Shown here: piece by piece, positions 26,121-38,300 of the stretch
Layout of the letters: each line of letters opens with the position of its first letter
Position numbering within the stretch: the stretch's first letter is position 1
The notes under the pieces: generated by a model
What the model was told of the DNA's origin: nothing
Seen by the model: the letters and a program-made list of their open reading frames with translations, nothing else
Database searches by the model: none
NCBI GenBank assembly: GCA_964016885.1
Contig: OZ024741.1
Location: forward strand, 21,824,001-21,888,000
Reading direction: 5' to 3'
DNA: 64,000 nt
Source: Eledone cirrhosa
Lineage: Eukaryota
Made by a program: the position numbers and the translations under genes

Positions 26121-29003
26121 ATATTGTCTCCTAGTATTAGTTCTGGTTCTCTGCTTTCTCAGTTCCAATCCCACCGAGAGAATGTCTCCTAATATTAGTT
26201 CTGGTTCTCTGCTTTCTCAGTTCCAATCCCACCAAGAGAATGTCTCCTAGTATTAGTTCTTGTTCTCTGCTCTGTCAGTTCAAATCCCACCGAGAGTATG
26301 TCTCCTAGTATTAGTTCTGGTTCTCCATTTTCTCAGTTCCAATCCCACCGAGAGATTGTCTCTTAGTATTAGTTCTGGTTCTCCATTTTCTCAGTTCCAA
26401 TCCCACCGAGAGATTGTCTCCTAGTATTAGTTCTGGTTCTCCATTTTCTCAGTTCCAATCCCACCGAGAGATTGTCTCCTAGTATTAGTTCTGGTTCTCT
26501 GCTTTCTCAGTTCCAATCCCACCGAAAGATTGTCTCCTAGTATTAGTTCTGGTTCTCTGCTCTCTCAGTTCCAATCCCACCGAGAGATTGTCTCCTAATA
26601 TTAGTTCTGGTTCTCTGCTTTCTCAGTTCCAATCCCACCGAGAGATTGTCTCCTAGTATTAGTTCTGGTTCTCTGCTCTCTCATTTCCAATCCCACCGAG
26701 AGAATGTCTCCTAGTATTAGTTCTGGTTCTCTGCTTTCTCAGTTCCAATCCCACCGAGAGAATGTCTTCTAGTATTAGTTCTGGTTCTCTGCTTTCTCAG
26801 TTCAAATTCCACCGAGAGAATGTCTCCTAGTATTAGTTCTGGTTCTCTGCTTTCTCAGTTCCAATCCCACCGAGATATTGTCTCCTAGTATTAGTTCTGG
26901 TTCTCTGCTTTCTCAGTTCCAATCCCACCGAGAGAATGTCTCCTAGTATTAGTTCTGGTTCTCTGCTTTCTCAGTTCCAAACCCACCAAGAGAATGTCTC
27001 CTAGTATTAGTTCTTGTTCTCTGCTCTGTCAGTTCAAATCCCACCGAGAGTATGTCTCCTAGTATTAGTTCTGGTTCTCCATTTTCTCAGTTCCAATCCA
27101 ACCGAGAGATTGTCTCCTATTATTAGTTCTGGATCTCTGCTCTCTCAGTTCAAATCCCACCGAGAGATTGTCTCCTATTATTAGTTCTGGTTCTCTGCTT
27201 TCTCAGTTCCAATCCCACCGAGAGAATGTCTCCTAGTATTAGTTCTGGTACTCTGCTCTCTCAGTTCAAATCCCACCGGGAGATTGTCTCCTAGTATTAA
27301 TTCTGGTTCTTTGCTTTCTCAGTTCCAATCCCACCGAGAGATTGTCTCCTATTATTAATTCTGGTTCTCTGTTTTCTCAGTTCCAATCCCACCGAGAGAT
27401 TGTCTCCTAGTATTAATTCTGGTTCTTTGCTTTCTCAGTTCAAATCCCACCGAGAGATTGTCTCCTATTATTAGTTCTGGTTCTCTGCTTTCTCAGTTCC
27501 AATCCCACCGAGAGAATGTCTCCTAGTATTAGTTCTGGTACTCTGCTCTCTCAGTTCAAATCCCACCGAGAGATTGTCTCCTAGTATTAATTCTGGTTCT
27601 TTGCTTTCTCAGTTCCAATCCCACCGAGAGATTGTCTCCTATTATTAATTCTGGTTCTCTGTTTTCTCAGTTCCAATCCCACCGAGAGATTGTCTCCTAG
27701 TATTAATTCTGGTTCTTTGCTTTCTCAGTTCCAATCCCACCGAGAGATTGTCTCCTATTATTAGTTCTGGTTCTCTGCTTTCTCAGTTCCAATCCCACCG
27801 AGAGAATGTCTCCTAGTATTAGTTCTGGTTCTCTGCTTTCTCAGTTCCAATCCCACCGAGAGATTGTCTTCTAGTATTAGTTCTGGTTCTCTGCTTTCTC
27901 AGTTCCAATCCCACCGAGAGATTGTCTCCTAGTATTAGTTCTGGTTCTCTGCTTTCTCAGTTCCAATCCCACCGAGAGATTGTCTCCTAGTATTAGTTCT
28001 GGTTCTCCATTTTCTCAGTTCCAATCCCACCGAGAGATTGTCTCCTAGTATTAGTTCTGGTTCTCTGCTTTCTCAGTTCCAATCCCACTGAGAGAATGTC
28101 TCCTAGTATTAGTTCTGGTTCTCCATTTTCTCAGTTCCAATCCCACCGAGAGATTGTCTCCTAGTATTAGTTCTGGTTCTCTGCTCTCTTAGTTCCAATA
28201 CCACCGAGAGAATGTCTCCTAGCATTAGTTCTGGTTCTCTGCTTTCTCAGGTCCAATACCACCGAGAGAGTGTCTTCTAGTATTAGTTCTGGTTCTCTGC
28301 TTTCTCAGTTCAAATCCCACCGAGAGATTGTCTCCTAGAATTAGTTCTGGTTCTCTGCTCTCTCAGTTCCAATCCCACCGAGAGATTGTCTCCTAGAATT
28401 AGTTCTGGTTCTCTGCTTTCTCAGTTCCAATCCCACCGAGAGATTGTCTCCTAGAATTAGTTCTGGTTCTCTGCTCTCTCAGTTCCAATCCCACCGAGAG
28501 ATTGTCTCCTAGAATTAGTTCTGGTTCTCTGCTTTCTCAGTTCCAATCCCACCGAGAGATTGTCTCCTAGTATTAGTTCTGGTTCTCCGCTTTCTCAGTT
28601 ACAATCCCACCGAGAGATTGTCTCCTAGTATCAGTTCTGGTTCTCCGCTTTCTCAGTTCCAATCCCACCGAGAGAATATCTCCTAGTATTAGTTCTGGTT
28701 CTCTGCTCTCTCAGTTACAATCCCACCGAGAGATTGTCTCCTAGTATTAGTTCTGGTTCTCTGCTCTCTCAGTTCCAATCCCACCGAGAGATTTTCTTCT
28801 AGTATTAGTTCTGGTTCTCTGCTTTCCCATTTCCAATCCCACCGAGAGATTGTCTCCTAGAATTAGTTCTGGTTCTCTGCTCTCTCAGTTCCAATCCCAC
28901 CGAGAGATTGTCTTCTAGTATTAGTTCTGGTTCTGTGCTTTCTCAGTTCAAATCCCACCGAGAGTTTGTCTCCCAGTATTAGTTCTGGTTTCTGCTCTCT
29001 CAG
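26121..29003 (+). repeat. Satellite A, right block (~50 monomers)
   Basis: Same 58-bp unit and same variant cassettes as the left block. Resumes in register (ATATTGTCTCC) and ends mid-monomer at CTCTCAG. Confidence 0.98.
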
Positions 29004-29274
29004 ATGTTAAATTTGATTCTCACCCGTTCGTGGACAGTAAAACGAAAAGCTTCAGTCCAGCACTGGGGCGGATTCTTCCTCTATATCTCTTTCACACTCC
29101 CTCTACCACACACAGCCTTCTCTTCTCTGGAAGAAATCAGGTGGAGAGGGGATTGTCACCACCTGGCTTAATAATTGTTTCTACTTTTGGCACAAGGCCA
29201 GCAATTACCTCAGTACTTTACTGGTACTTTATTTTATCGACCCCGTAATGATGAAAGGCAAAGTTAACCTCGGC

Positions 29275-29287
29275 GGGATTTGAACTC
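29275..29287 (-). promoter_or_regulatory. Pol III B box of the SINE
   Basis: GAGTTCAAATCCC matches GTTCRANYC. Confidence 0.8.
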
Positions 29288-29319
29288 AGACCCTAAAGGG
29301 CCATACCTCTTTGCTGCAA

Positions 29320-32300
29320 AGCATGGTGTCCAACTCTCTACCGAGACTGCCAATCCACCGCCCTTGAAAACCATGGTGTCTGACCCTCTATCGATATTGC
29401 CAATCCACCACCCTAGAATGGTGTCAGACCCTCTACCGATACTGTCAATCCACCACCCTTACAAAGCATGGTGTCCGACCCTCTACTGATACTGCCAATC
29501 CACCACCCTTACAAAGCATTGTGTCCGACCCTCTACCGATACATCCAATCCACAACCCTTACATAGCATGGTGTCCGACACTCTACTGATACTGCCAATC
29601 CACCACCCTTACAAAGCATTGTGTCCGACCCTCTACCGATACTGCCAATTCACCGCCCTTGAAAAGCAAGGTGTCCGACCCTCTACCGATACTGCCAATC
29701 CACCACCCTTACAAAGCATAGTGTCCGACCCTCTACCGATACTGCCAATCCACCACCCTTACAAAGCATGGTGTCTGACCCTCTAACGATACTGCCAATC
29801 CACCACCCTTACAAAGCATGTTGTCCGACCCTCTACCGAGACTGCCAATCCACCACCCTTCAAAAGCATGGTGTCCGACCCTCTACCGATACTGCCAATC
29901 CACCACCCTTACAAAGCATGGTGTCCGACCCTCTACCGAGACTGCCAATCCACCACCCTTACAAAGCGTTGTGTCCGACCCTCTACCGATACTGCCAATT
30001 AACCACCCTTACAAAGCATGGTCTCCGACCCTCTACCGAGACTGCCAATCCACCACCCTTATAAAGCATGGTGTCCGACCCTCTACCGATACTGCCAATC
30101 AACCACCCTTACAAAGCATGGTGTCCGACCCTCTACCGATACTGCCAATCCACCGCCCTAGCAATGGTGTCTGACCCTCTACCGAGACTGCCAATACAAA
30201 GTCCTTACAAAGCATAGTGTCCGACCCTCTACCAAGACTGCCAATCCACCACCCTAGCATGGTTTCCGACCCTCTACCGGTACTGCCAATCCACCACCAT
30301 AACATGGTGTCTGACCCTCTACCGATACTGCCAATCCACCACCATAGCATGGTGTCTGACCCTCTACCGATACTGCCAATCCACCACCCTAGCATGGTGT
30401 CTGACCCTCTACCGAGACTGCCAATCTGCCACCCTAGCATGGTGTCTGACCCTCTACCGATACTGCCAATCTGCCACCGTAGCATGGTGTCTGACCTTCT
30501 ACCGAGACTGCCAATCCAACACCCTAGCATGGTGTCTGACCCTCTACCGAGACTGCGAATCCACCAACCTAAAATGGTGTCCGACGCTCTACCGATACTG
30601 CCATTCCACCGCTCTTACAAAGCATGGTGTCCGACCCTCTACCGATACTACCAATCCACCGCCCTAGCATGGTGTCGGACTCTCTACCGATATTGCCAAT
30701 CCACCAACCTAGCATGGTGTCTGACCTTCTACTGAGATTGCCAATCTGCCACCCTAGCATGGTGTCCGACCCTCTACCGATACTACCAATCCACCACCCT
30801 TACATGGTGTCCGACCCTCTACCGATACTGCCAATCCACCACCCTAGCATGGTGTCCGCGCTCTACCGATACTCCCAATCTACCACCCTAGCATGGTGTA
30901 CGACGCTCTACCGATACTGCCAATCCACCACCCTTACAAAGCATGGTGTCCGACCCTCTACCGAGACTGCCAATCCACTACCCTAGCATGGTGTCCGACC
31001 CTCTACCGATACTGCCAATCCACCGCCCTTACAAAACATAGTGTCCGACCCTCTACCGATACTGCCAATCCACCACCCTAGCATGGTGTCCGACCCTCTA
31101 CCGAGACTGCCAATCCACCACCCTAGCATGGTTTCCGACCCTCTACCGATACTGCGAATCCACCACCCTAAAATGGTGTCCGACGCTCTACCGATACTGC
31201 CAATCCACCGCTCTTACAAAGCATGGTGTCCGACCCTCTACCGAGACTGCCAATACACCAACCTTACAAAGCATGGTGTCCGACCCTCTACCGATACTGC
31301 CAATCCACCACCCTAGCATGGTGTCTGTCCCTCTACTGAGATTGCCAATCTGCCACCCTAGCATGGTGTCTGACGCTCTACTGAGACTGCCAATCCAACA
31401 CCCTGGCATGGTGTCCGACCCACTACCGAGACTGCCAATCCAACACCCTGGCATGGTGTCCGACCCTCTACCGAGACTGCCAATCCACCACCCTGGCATG
31501 GTGTCTGACCCTCTACCGAGACTGCCAATCTGCCACCCTAGCATCGTGTCCGACCCTCTACCGATACTGCCAATCTGCCACCGTAGCATGGTGTCTGACC
31601 TTCTACCGAGACTGCTAATCCACCACCATAGCATGGTGTCTGACCCTCTACCAAGACTGCCAATCCACCGCCCTAGCATGGTCTCTGAATCTCGACCGAT
31701 ATTGCCAATCCACCACCCAAGCATGGTGTCTGACCTTCTACTGAGATTGCAAATCTGCCACCCTAGCATGGTGTCCGACCCTCTACCGAGACTGTCAATC
31801 CAACACCCTGGCATGGTGTCCGGCCCTCTATCGAGACTGCCAATCCAACACCCTGGCATGGTTGATGACCCTCTACCGAGACTGCCAAGCCACCACCATA
31901 GCATGGTGCCGACCCTCTACCGATACTACCAATCCACCACCCTAACATGGTGTCCGACCCTCTACCGATACTGCCAATCCACCGCCCTTACAAAGCATGG
32001 TGTCCGACCCTCTACCTACGGATACTGCCAATGCACCGCCCTTACAAAGCATGGTGTCCGACCCTCTACTGAGACTGCCAATCCACCACTCTTACAAAGC
32101 AGGGTGTCCGACCCTCTACTGAGACTGCCAATCCACCACCCTTACAAAGCATGGTGTCCGACCCTCTACCTACCGATACTGCCAATCCACCGCCCTTACA
32201 AATCATGGTGTCCGACCCTCTACTGAGACTGCCAATCCACCACTCTTACAAAGCAGGGTGTCCGACCCTCTACTGAGACTGCCAATCCACCACCCTTACA

Positions 32301-35300
32301 AAGCATTGTGTCCGACCCTCTACCTACCGATACTGCCAATCCACCGCCCTTACAAATCATGGTGTCCGACCCTCTACTGAGACTGCCAATCCACCACCCT
32401 TACAAAGCATGGTGTCCGACCCTCTACCTACCGATACTGCCAATCCACCGCCCTTACAAATCATGGTGTCCGACCCTCTACTGAGCCTGCCAATCCACCA
32501 CTCTTACAAAGCAGGGTGTCCGACCCTCTACTGAGACTGCCAATCCACCGCCCTTACAAAGCATGGTGTCCGACCCTCTACCGATACTGCCAATCCACCA
32601 CTCTTACAAAGCATGGTGTCCGACCCTCTATTGTGACTGCCAATCCACCACCCTTACAAAGCATGGTGTCCGACCCTCTACTGAGACTGCCAATCCACCA
32701 CCCTTAGAAAGCATGGTGTCCGACCCTCTACCGATACTACCAATCTGCCACCCTAGCATGGTGTCCGACCCTCTACCGAGACTGCCAATCCACCACCCTA
32801 GCATGGTGTGCGACCCTCTACCGAGACTGCCAATCCACCACCATAGCATGGTGTCCGACCCTCTACCGAGACTGCCAATCCACCTCCCTAACATGGTGTC
32901 CGACCCTCTAACGACACTACCAATCCAACACCCTAGCATGGTGTCCGAACCTCTACCGAGACTGCTAATCCCCCACCCTGCATGGTGTCCGTCACTCTAC
33001 CGAGACTGCCAATCCAGCACCCTAACATGGTGTCCGATCCTCTACCGAGACTGCCAATCCAACACCCTAACATGGTGTCCGACCCTCTACCGAGACTGCC
33101 AATCCAACACCCTATCATGGTGTCCGACCCTCTACCGATACTGCCAATCCACCACCCTAGCATAGTGTCCGATCCTCTCACGATACTGCCAATCCACCTC
33201 CCTAGCATTGTGTCAGACCCTCTACCTACACTGCCAATCCACCGCCCTAGCACGGTGTCCGACCCTCTACCTACCTATACTGCCAATCCACCACCCTAGC
33301 ATGGTGTCCAAGCCTCTACAGATACTGCCAATCCACCACCCTAGCATGGTGTCCCACCCTCTACCGATACTGCCAATCCCAAACCCTAGCATGGTGTCCC
33401 ACCCCCTACCGAGACTGCCAATCCACCACCCTAGCATGGTGTCCCACCCTCTACCAAGACTGCCAATCCACCACCCTAGCATGGTGTCCCACCCTCTACC
33501 GAGACTGCCAATCCACCACCCTAGCATGGTGTCCGACCCTCTACCGATACAGCCAATCTACCACTCTAGCATGGTGTACGACCCTCTACCAATACTGCCA
33601 ATCCACCACCCTTACAAAGCATGGTGTCCGACCCTCTACAGAGACTGCCAATCCACCACCCTAGCATGGTGTTCGACCCTCTACCGAGACTGCCAATCCA
33701 CCACCCTAGCATGGTGTTCGACCCTCTACCGAGACTGCCAATCTACCACCCTTGCAAAGCATGGTGTACGACCCTCTACCGATACTGCCAATCCACCGCC
33801 CTTACAAAGCATAGTGTCCGACCCCCTACCGATACTGCCAATCCACCACCCTTACAAAGCATGGTGTCCGACCCTCTACCGATACTACCAATCTGCCACC
33901 CTAGCATGGTGTCCGACCGTCTACCGAGACTGCCAATCCACCACCCTAGCATGGTGTCCGACCCTCTACCGAGACTGCCAATCCACCACCCTAGCATGGT
34001 GTCCCACCCTCTACCAACACTGCCAATCCACCACCCTAGTATGGTGTCCCACCCTCTACCAAGACTGTCAATCCACCACCCTAGCATGGTGTCCCACCCT
34101 CTACCGAGACTGCCAATCCACCACCCTAGCATGGTGTCCGACCCTCTACCGATACAGCCAATCTACCAGCCTAGCATGGTGTCCGACCCTCTACCGATAC
34201 AGCCAATCTACCACCCTAGTATGGTGTCCGACCCTCTACCGAGACTGCCAATACACCAACCTTACAAAGCATGGTGTCCGACCCTCTACCGATACTGCCA
34301 ATCCACCAGCCTAGTATGGTGTCCGACCCTCTACCGAGACTGTCAATCCACCACCCTTGCAAAGCAGGGTGTCTGACCCTCTACCGAGACTGCCAATCTA
34401 CCGCCCTTAAAAAGCATGGTGTCCGACCCTTACCGATACTGCCAATCCACCACCCTTACAAAGCATGGTGTTCGCCCCTCTACTGAGACTGCCAATCCGC
34501 CACCCTTACAAAGCATGGTGTCCGACCCTCTACGGATACTGCCAATCCACCGCCCTTACAAAGCATGGTGTCCGACCCTCTAACAATACTGCCAATCCAC
34601 CACCCTGTTATGGTGTCCGTCCCTCTACCGAGACAGCCAATCCAGCCCCTAACATGGTGTCCGACCCTCTACCGAGACTGCCAATCCACCACCCTAGCAT
34701 GGTGTCCGACCCTCTACCGATACTGCCAATCCACCACCCTAGCATGGTGTCCGACCCTCTACCTACACTGCCAATCCACCGCCCTAGCATGGTGTCCGAC
34801 CCTCTACCGATACTACTAATCCACCGCCCTAGCATGGTGTCCGACCCTCTACCGATACTGCCAATCCACCACCCTAGCATTTTGTCGCACCCTCTACCGA
34901 TACTGCCAATCCACTACCCTAGCATGGTGTCCTACCCTCTACCGAGACTGCCAATCCACCACCCTAGCATGGTGTCCCACCATCTACCAAGTCTGCCAAT
35001 CCACCACCCGAGCATGGTGTCCGACCCTCTACCTACCGATACTGCCAATCCACCACCTTAGCAAGGTGTCCCACCCTCTACCGATACTGCCAATCCACCA
35101 CCCTAGTATGGTGTCCCACCCTCTACCGATACTGCCAATCCACCACCCTAGCATGGTGTCCCACCCTCTACCGATACTGCCAATCCAACACCCTAGGATG
35201 GTGTCCGACCCTCTACCGAGACTGCCAATCCACCACCCTAACATGGTGTTCGACCCTCTACTGAGACTGCCAATCCACCACTCTGACAAAGCATGGTGTC

Positions 35301-38300
35301 CGACCCTCTACCGATACTGCCAATCCACCACCCTTACAAAGCATGGTGTCCGACCCTCTACTGAGACTGCCAATCCACCACTCTTACAAAGCATGGTGTC
35401 CGACCCTCTACCGATACTGCCAATCCACCGCCCTTACAAAGCATAGTGTCCCACCCTCTACCGAGACAGCCAATCTACCACCGTAGCATAGTGTACGACC
35501 CTCTACCGATACTGCCAATCCACCACCCTTACAAAGCATGGTGTCCGACCCTCTACCAAGACTGCCAATCCACCACCCTAGCATGGTGTTCGACCCTCTA
35601 CCGAGACTGCCAATCTACCACCCTTGCAAAGCATGGTGTCTGACCCTCTAGCGAGACTGCCAATCTACCGACCTTACAAAGCATGGTGTCCGACCCTCTA
35701 CCGATACATCCAATCCACCACACTAGAGTGGTGTTCGACCCTCTACTGAGACTGCCAATCTACCACCCTTGCAAAGCATGGTGTACGACCCTCTACCGAT
35801 ACTGCCAATCCACCACCCTAGTATGGCGTCCCACCCTCTACCAAGACTGCCAATCCACCACCCTACCATGGTGTCCCACCCTCTACCGTGACTGCCAATC
35901 CACCACCCTAGCATGGTGTACGACCCTCTACAGATACTGCCAATCCACCACCCTTACAAAGCATGGTGTCCGACCCTCTACCGATATTGCCAATCCCCCA
36001 CCCTAGCATGGTGTTCGACCTTCTACCGAGACTGCCAATCTACCACCCTTGCAAAGCATGGTGTCTGACCCTCTACCGAGACTGCTAATCTACCGCCCTT
36101 ACAAAGCATGGTGTCCGACCCTCTACCTACCGATACTGCCAATCGACCACCCTTACAAAGGATGGTGTCCGACCCTCTACAGATACTGTCAATCCACTAC
36201 CCTTACAAAGCATGGTGTCCGACCCTCTACCGATACTGCCAATCCACCACCCTTACAAAGCATGGTGTTCGACCCTCTACCGATACTGCCAATCCACCAC
36301 CCTTACAAAGCATGGTGTCCGACCCTCTACCGATACTGCCAATCCACCACCCTAGCATGGTGTTCGACCCTCTACCGAGACTGCCAATCTACCGACCTTA
36401 CAAAGAAGGGTGTCTGACCCTCTACCGAGACTGCCAATCTACCACCCTTACAAAGCATGGTGTCTGACCCTCTACCTACCGATACTGCCAATCCACCGCC
36501 CTTACAAAGCATGGTGTCCGACCCTCTACTGAGACTGCCAATCCACCACTCTTACAAAGCATGGTGTCCAACCCTCTACCGATACTGCCAATCCACCACC
36601 CTTACAAAGCATGGTGTCCGACTCTCTACCGAGACTGCCAATCCACCACCCTTACAAAGCATGGTGTCCGACCCTCTACCGATACTGCCAATCCACCACC
36701 CTTACAAAGCATGGTGTTCGACCCTCTACCGAGACTGCCAATCCACCACCCTTACAAAGCATGGTGTCCGACCCTCTACCGATACTGCCAATCCACCGCC
36801 CTTACAAAGCATGGTGTCCGACCCTCTAACGATGCTGCCAATACAACACCCTAGCATGGTGTCCGACCCTCTACCGACACTGCCAATCCACCACCCGAGC
36901 ATGGTGTCCGACACTCTACCGAGACTGCCAATCCAACACCCTAACATGGTGTCCGATCCTCTACCTAGACTGCCAATCCAAAACCCTAACATGGTGTCCG
37001 AGCCTCTACTGAGACTGCCAATCCACCACCCTAGCATGGTGTCCGACCCTCTACCGATACTGCCAATCCACCACCCTAGCATAGTGTCCGACCCTCTACC
37101 GATACTGCCAATCCACCACCCTAGCATGGTGTCCGACCCTCTACCTACACTGCCAATCCACCGCCCTAGCATGGTGTCCGACCATCTGCCGATACTGCCA
37201 ATCCACCCCCTAGCATGGTGTCCGACCCTCTACCGAGACTGCCAATCCACCACCCTAGCATGGTGTCCGACCCTCTACCGATACAGCCAATCTACCACCC
37301 TAGCATGGTGTACGACCCTCTACCGATACTGCCAATCCACCACCCTTACAAAGCATGGTGTACAACCCTCTACCGAGACTGTCAATCCACCACCCTTGCA
37401 AAGCAGGGTGTCTGACCCTCTACCGATACTGCCAATCCACCACCCTTACAAAGCATGGTGTCTGACCCTCTACCGAGACTGCCAATCTACCGACCTTACA
37501 AAGCATGGTGTCCGACCCTCTACTGATACATCCAATCCACCACCCTAGTATGGTGTCTGACCCTCTACCGATACATCCAATCCATCACCCTAGTATGGTG
37601 CCCGACCCTCTACTGAGACTGCCAATTCACCGCCCTTACAAAGCATAGTGTCCGACCCTCTACCGATACTGCCAATCCACCACCCTAGCATGGTGCCCGA
37701 CCCTCTACCGAGACTGCCAATACACCAACCTTACAAAGCATGGTGTCCGACCCTCTACCGAGACTGTCAATCCACCACCCTTGCAAAGCAGGGTGTCTGA
37801 CCCTCTACCGAGACTGCCAATCTACCGCCCTTACAAAGCATGGTGTCCGACCCTCTACCTACCGATACTGCCAATCGACCACCCTTACAAAGCAGGGTGT
37901 CCGACCCTCTATAGATACTGCCAATCCACCACCCTTACAAAGCATGGTGTCCGACCCTCTACCGATACTGCCAATCTACCACCCTTACAAAGCATGGTGT
38001 CTGACCCTCTACCGAGACTGCCAATCCACCACCGTAGCATGGTGTCCGACCCTCTACCGAGACTGCCAATCCACCACCCTAGCAGGGTTTCCGACCCTCT
38101 ACCGATACTGCGAATCCACCACCCTAAAATGGTGTCCGACCCTCTACTGATACTGCCAATCCACCGCTCTTACAAAGCATGGTGTCCGACCCTCTACCGA
38201 GACTGCCAATACACCAACCTTACAAAGCATGGTGTCCGACCCTCTACCGATACTGCCAATCCACCACCCTAGCATGGTGTCTGACCCTCTACTGAGATTG

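Larger units (their letters stand above)
23800..26128 (+). mobile_element. RTE-clade LINE copy 2 (different subfamily), 5'-truncated, (GAT)4 tail, 8-bp TSD ATATTGTC
   Basis: RT frame 23802-25625; 3' UTR homologous to copy 1 (GTTAGGAAGGGCATCCAGCTGTAGAAA; AACCCAT..GCGTGGAA..CGGACG); tail 26111-26122; ATATTGTC at 23800-23807 and 26121-26128. Confidence 0.95.
29168..29363 (-). mobile_element. tRNA-derived SINE (Nin/Deu-like central domain, octopus-type)
   Basis: Minus strand: GGGCGGTGGAT-TGGCAGTCTCGG (A-box-like)...TCT-GAGTTCAAATCCC (B box)-GCCGAGGTTAACTTTGCCTTTCATC..GGGGTCGATAAAATAAAGTACCAG...GGCCTTGTGCCAAAAGTAGAAACAATTATT tail. Family assignment is from memory, not a search. Confidence 0.85.

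Noticed and set aside
29270-29363. tRNA gene
   Set aside because: A/B boxes are present, but I cannot build a cloverleaf, box spacing is long (~53 nt), and it continues into a SINE body and tail.
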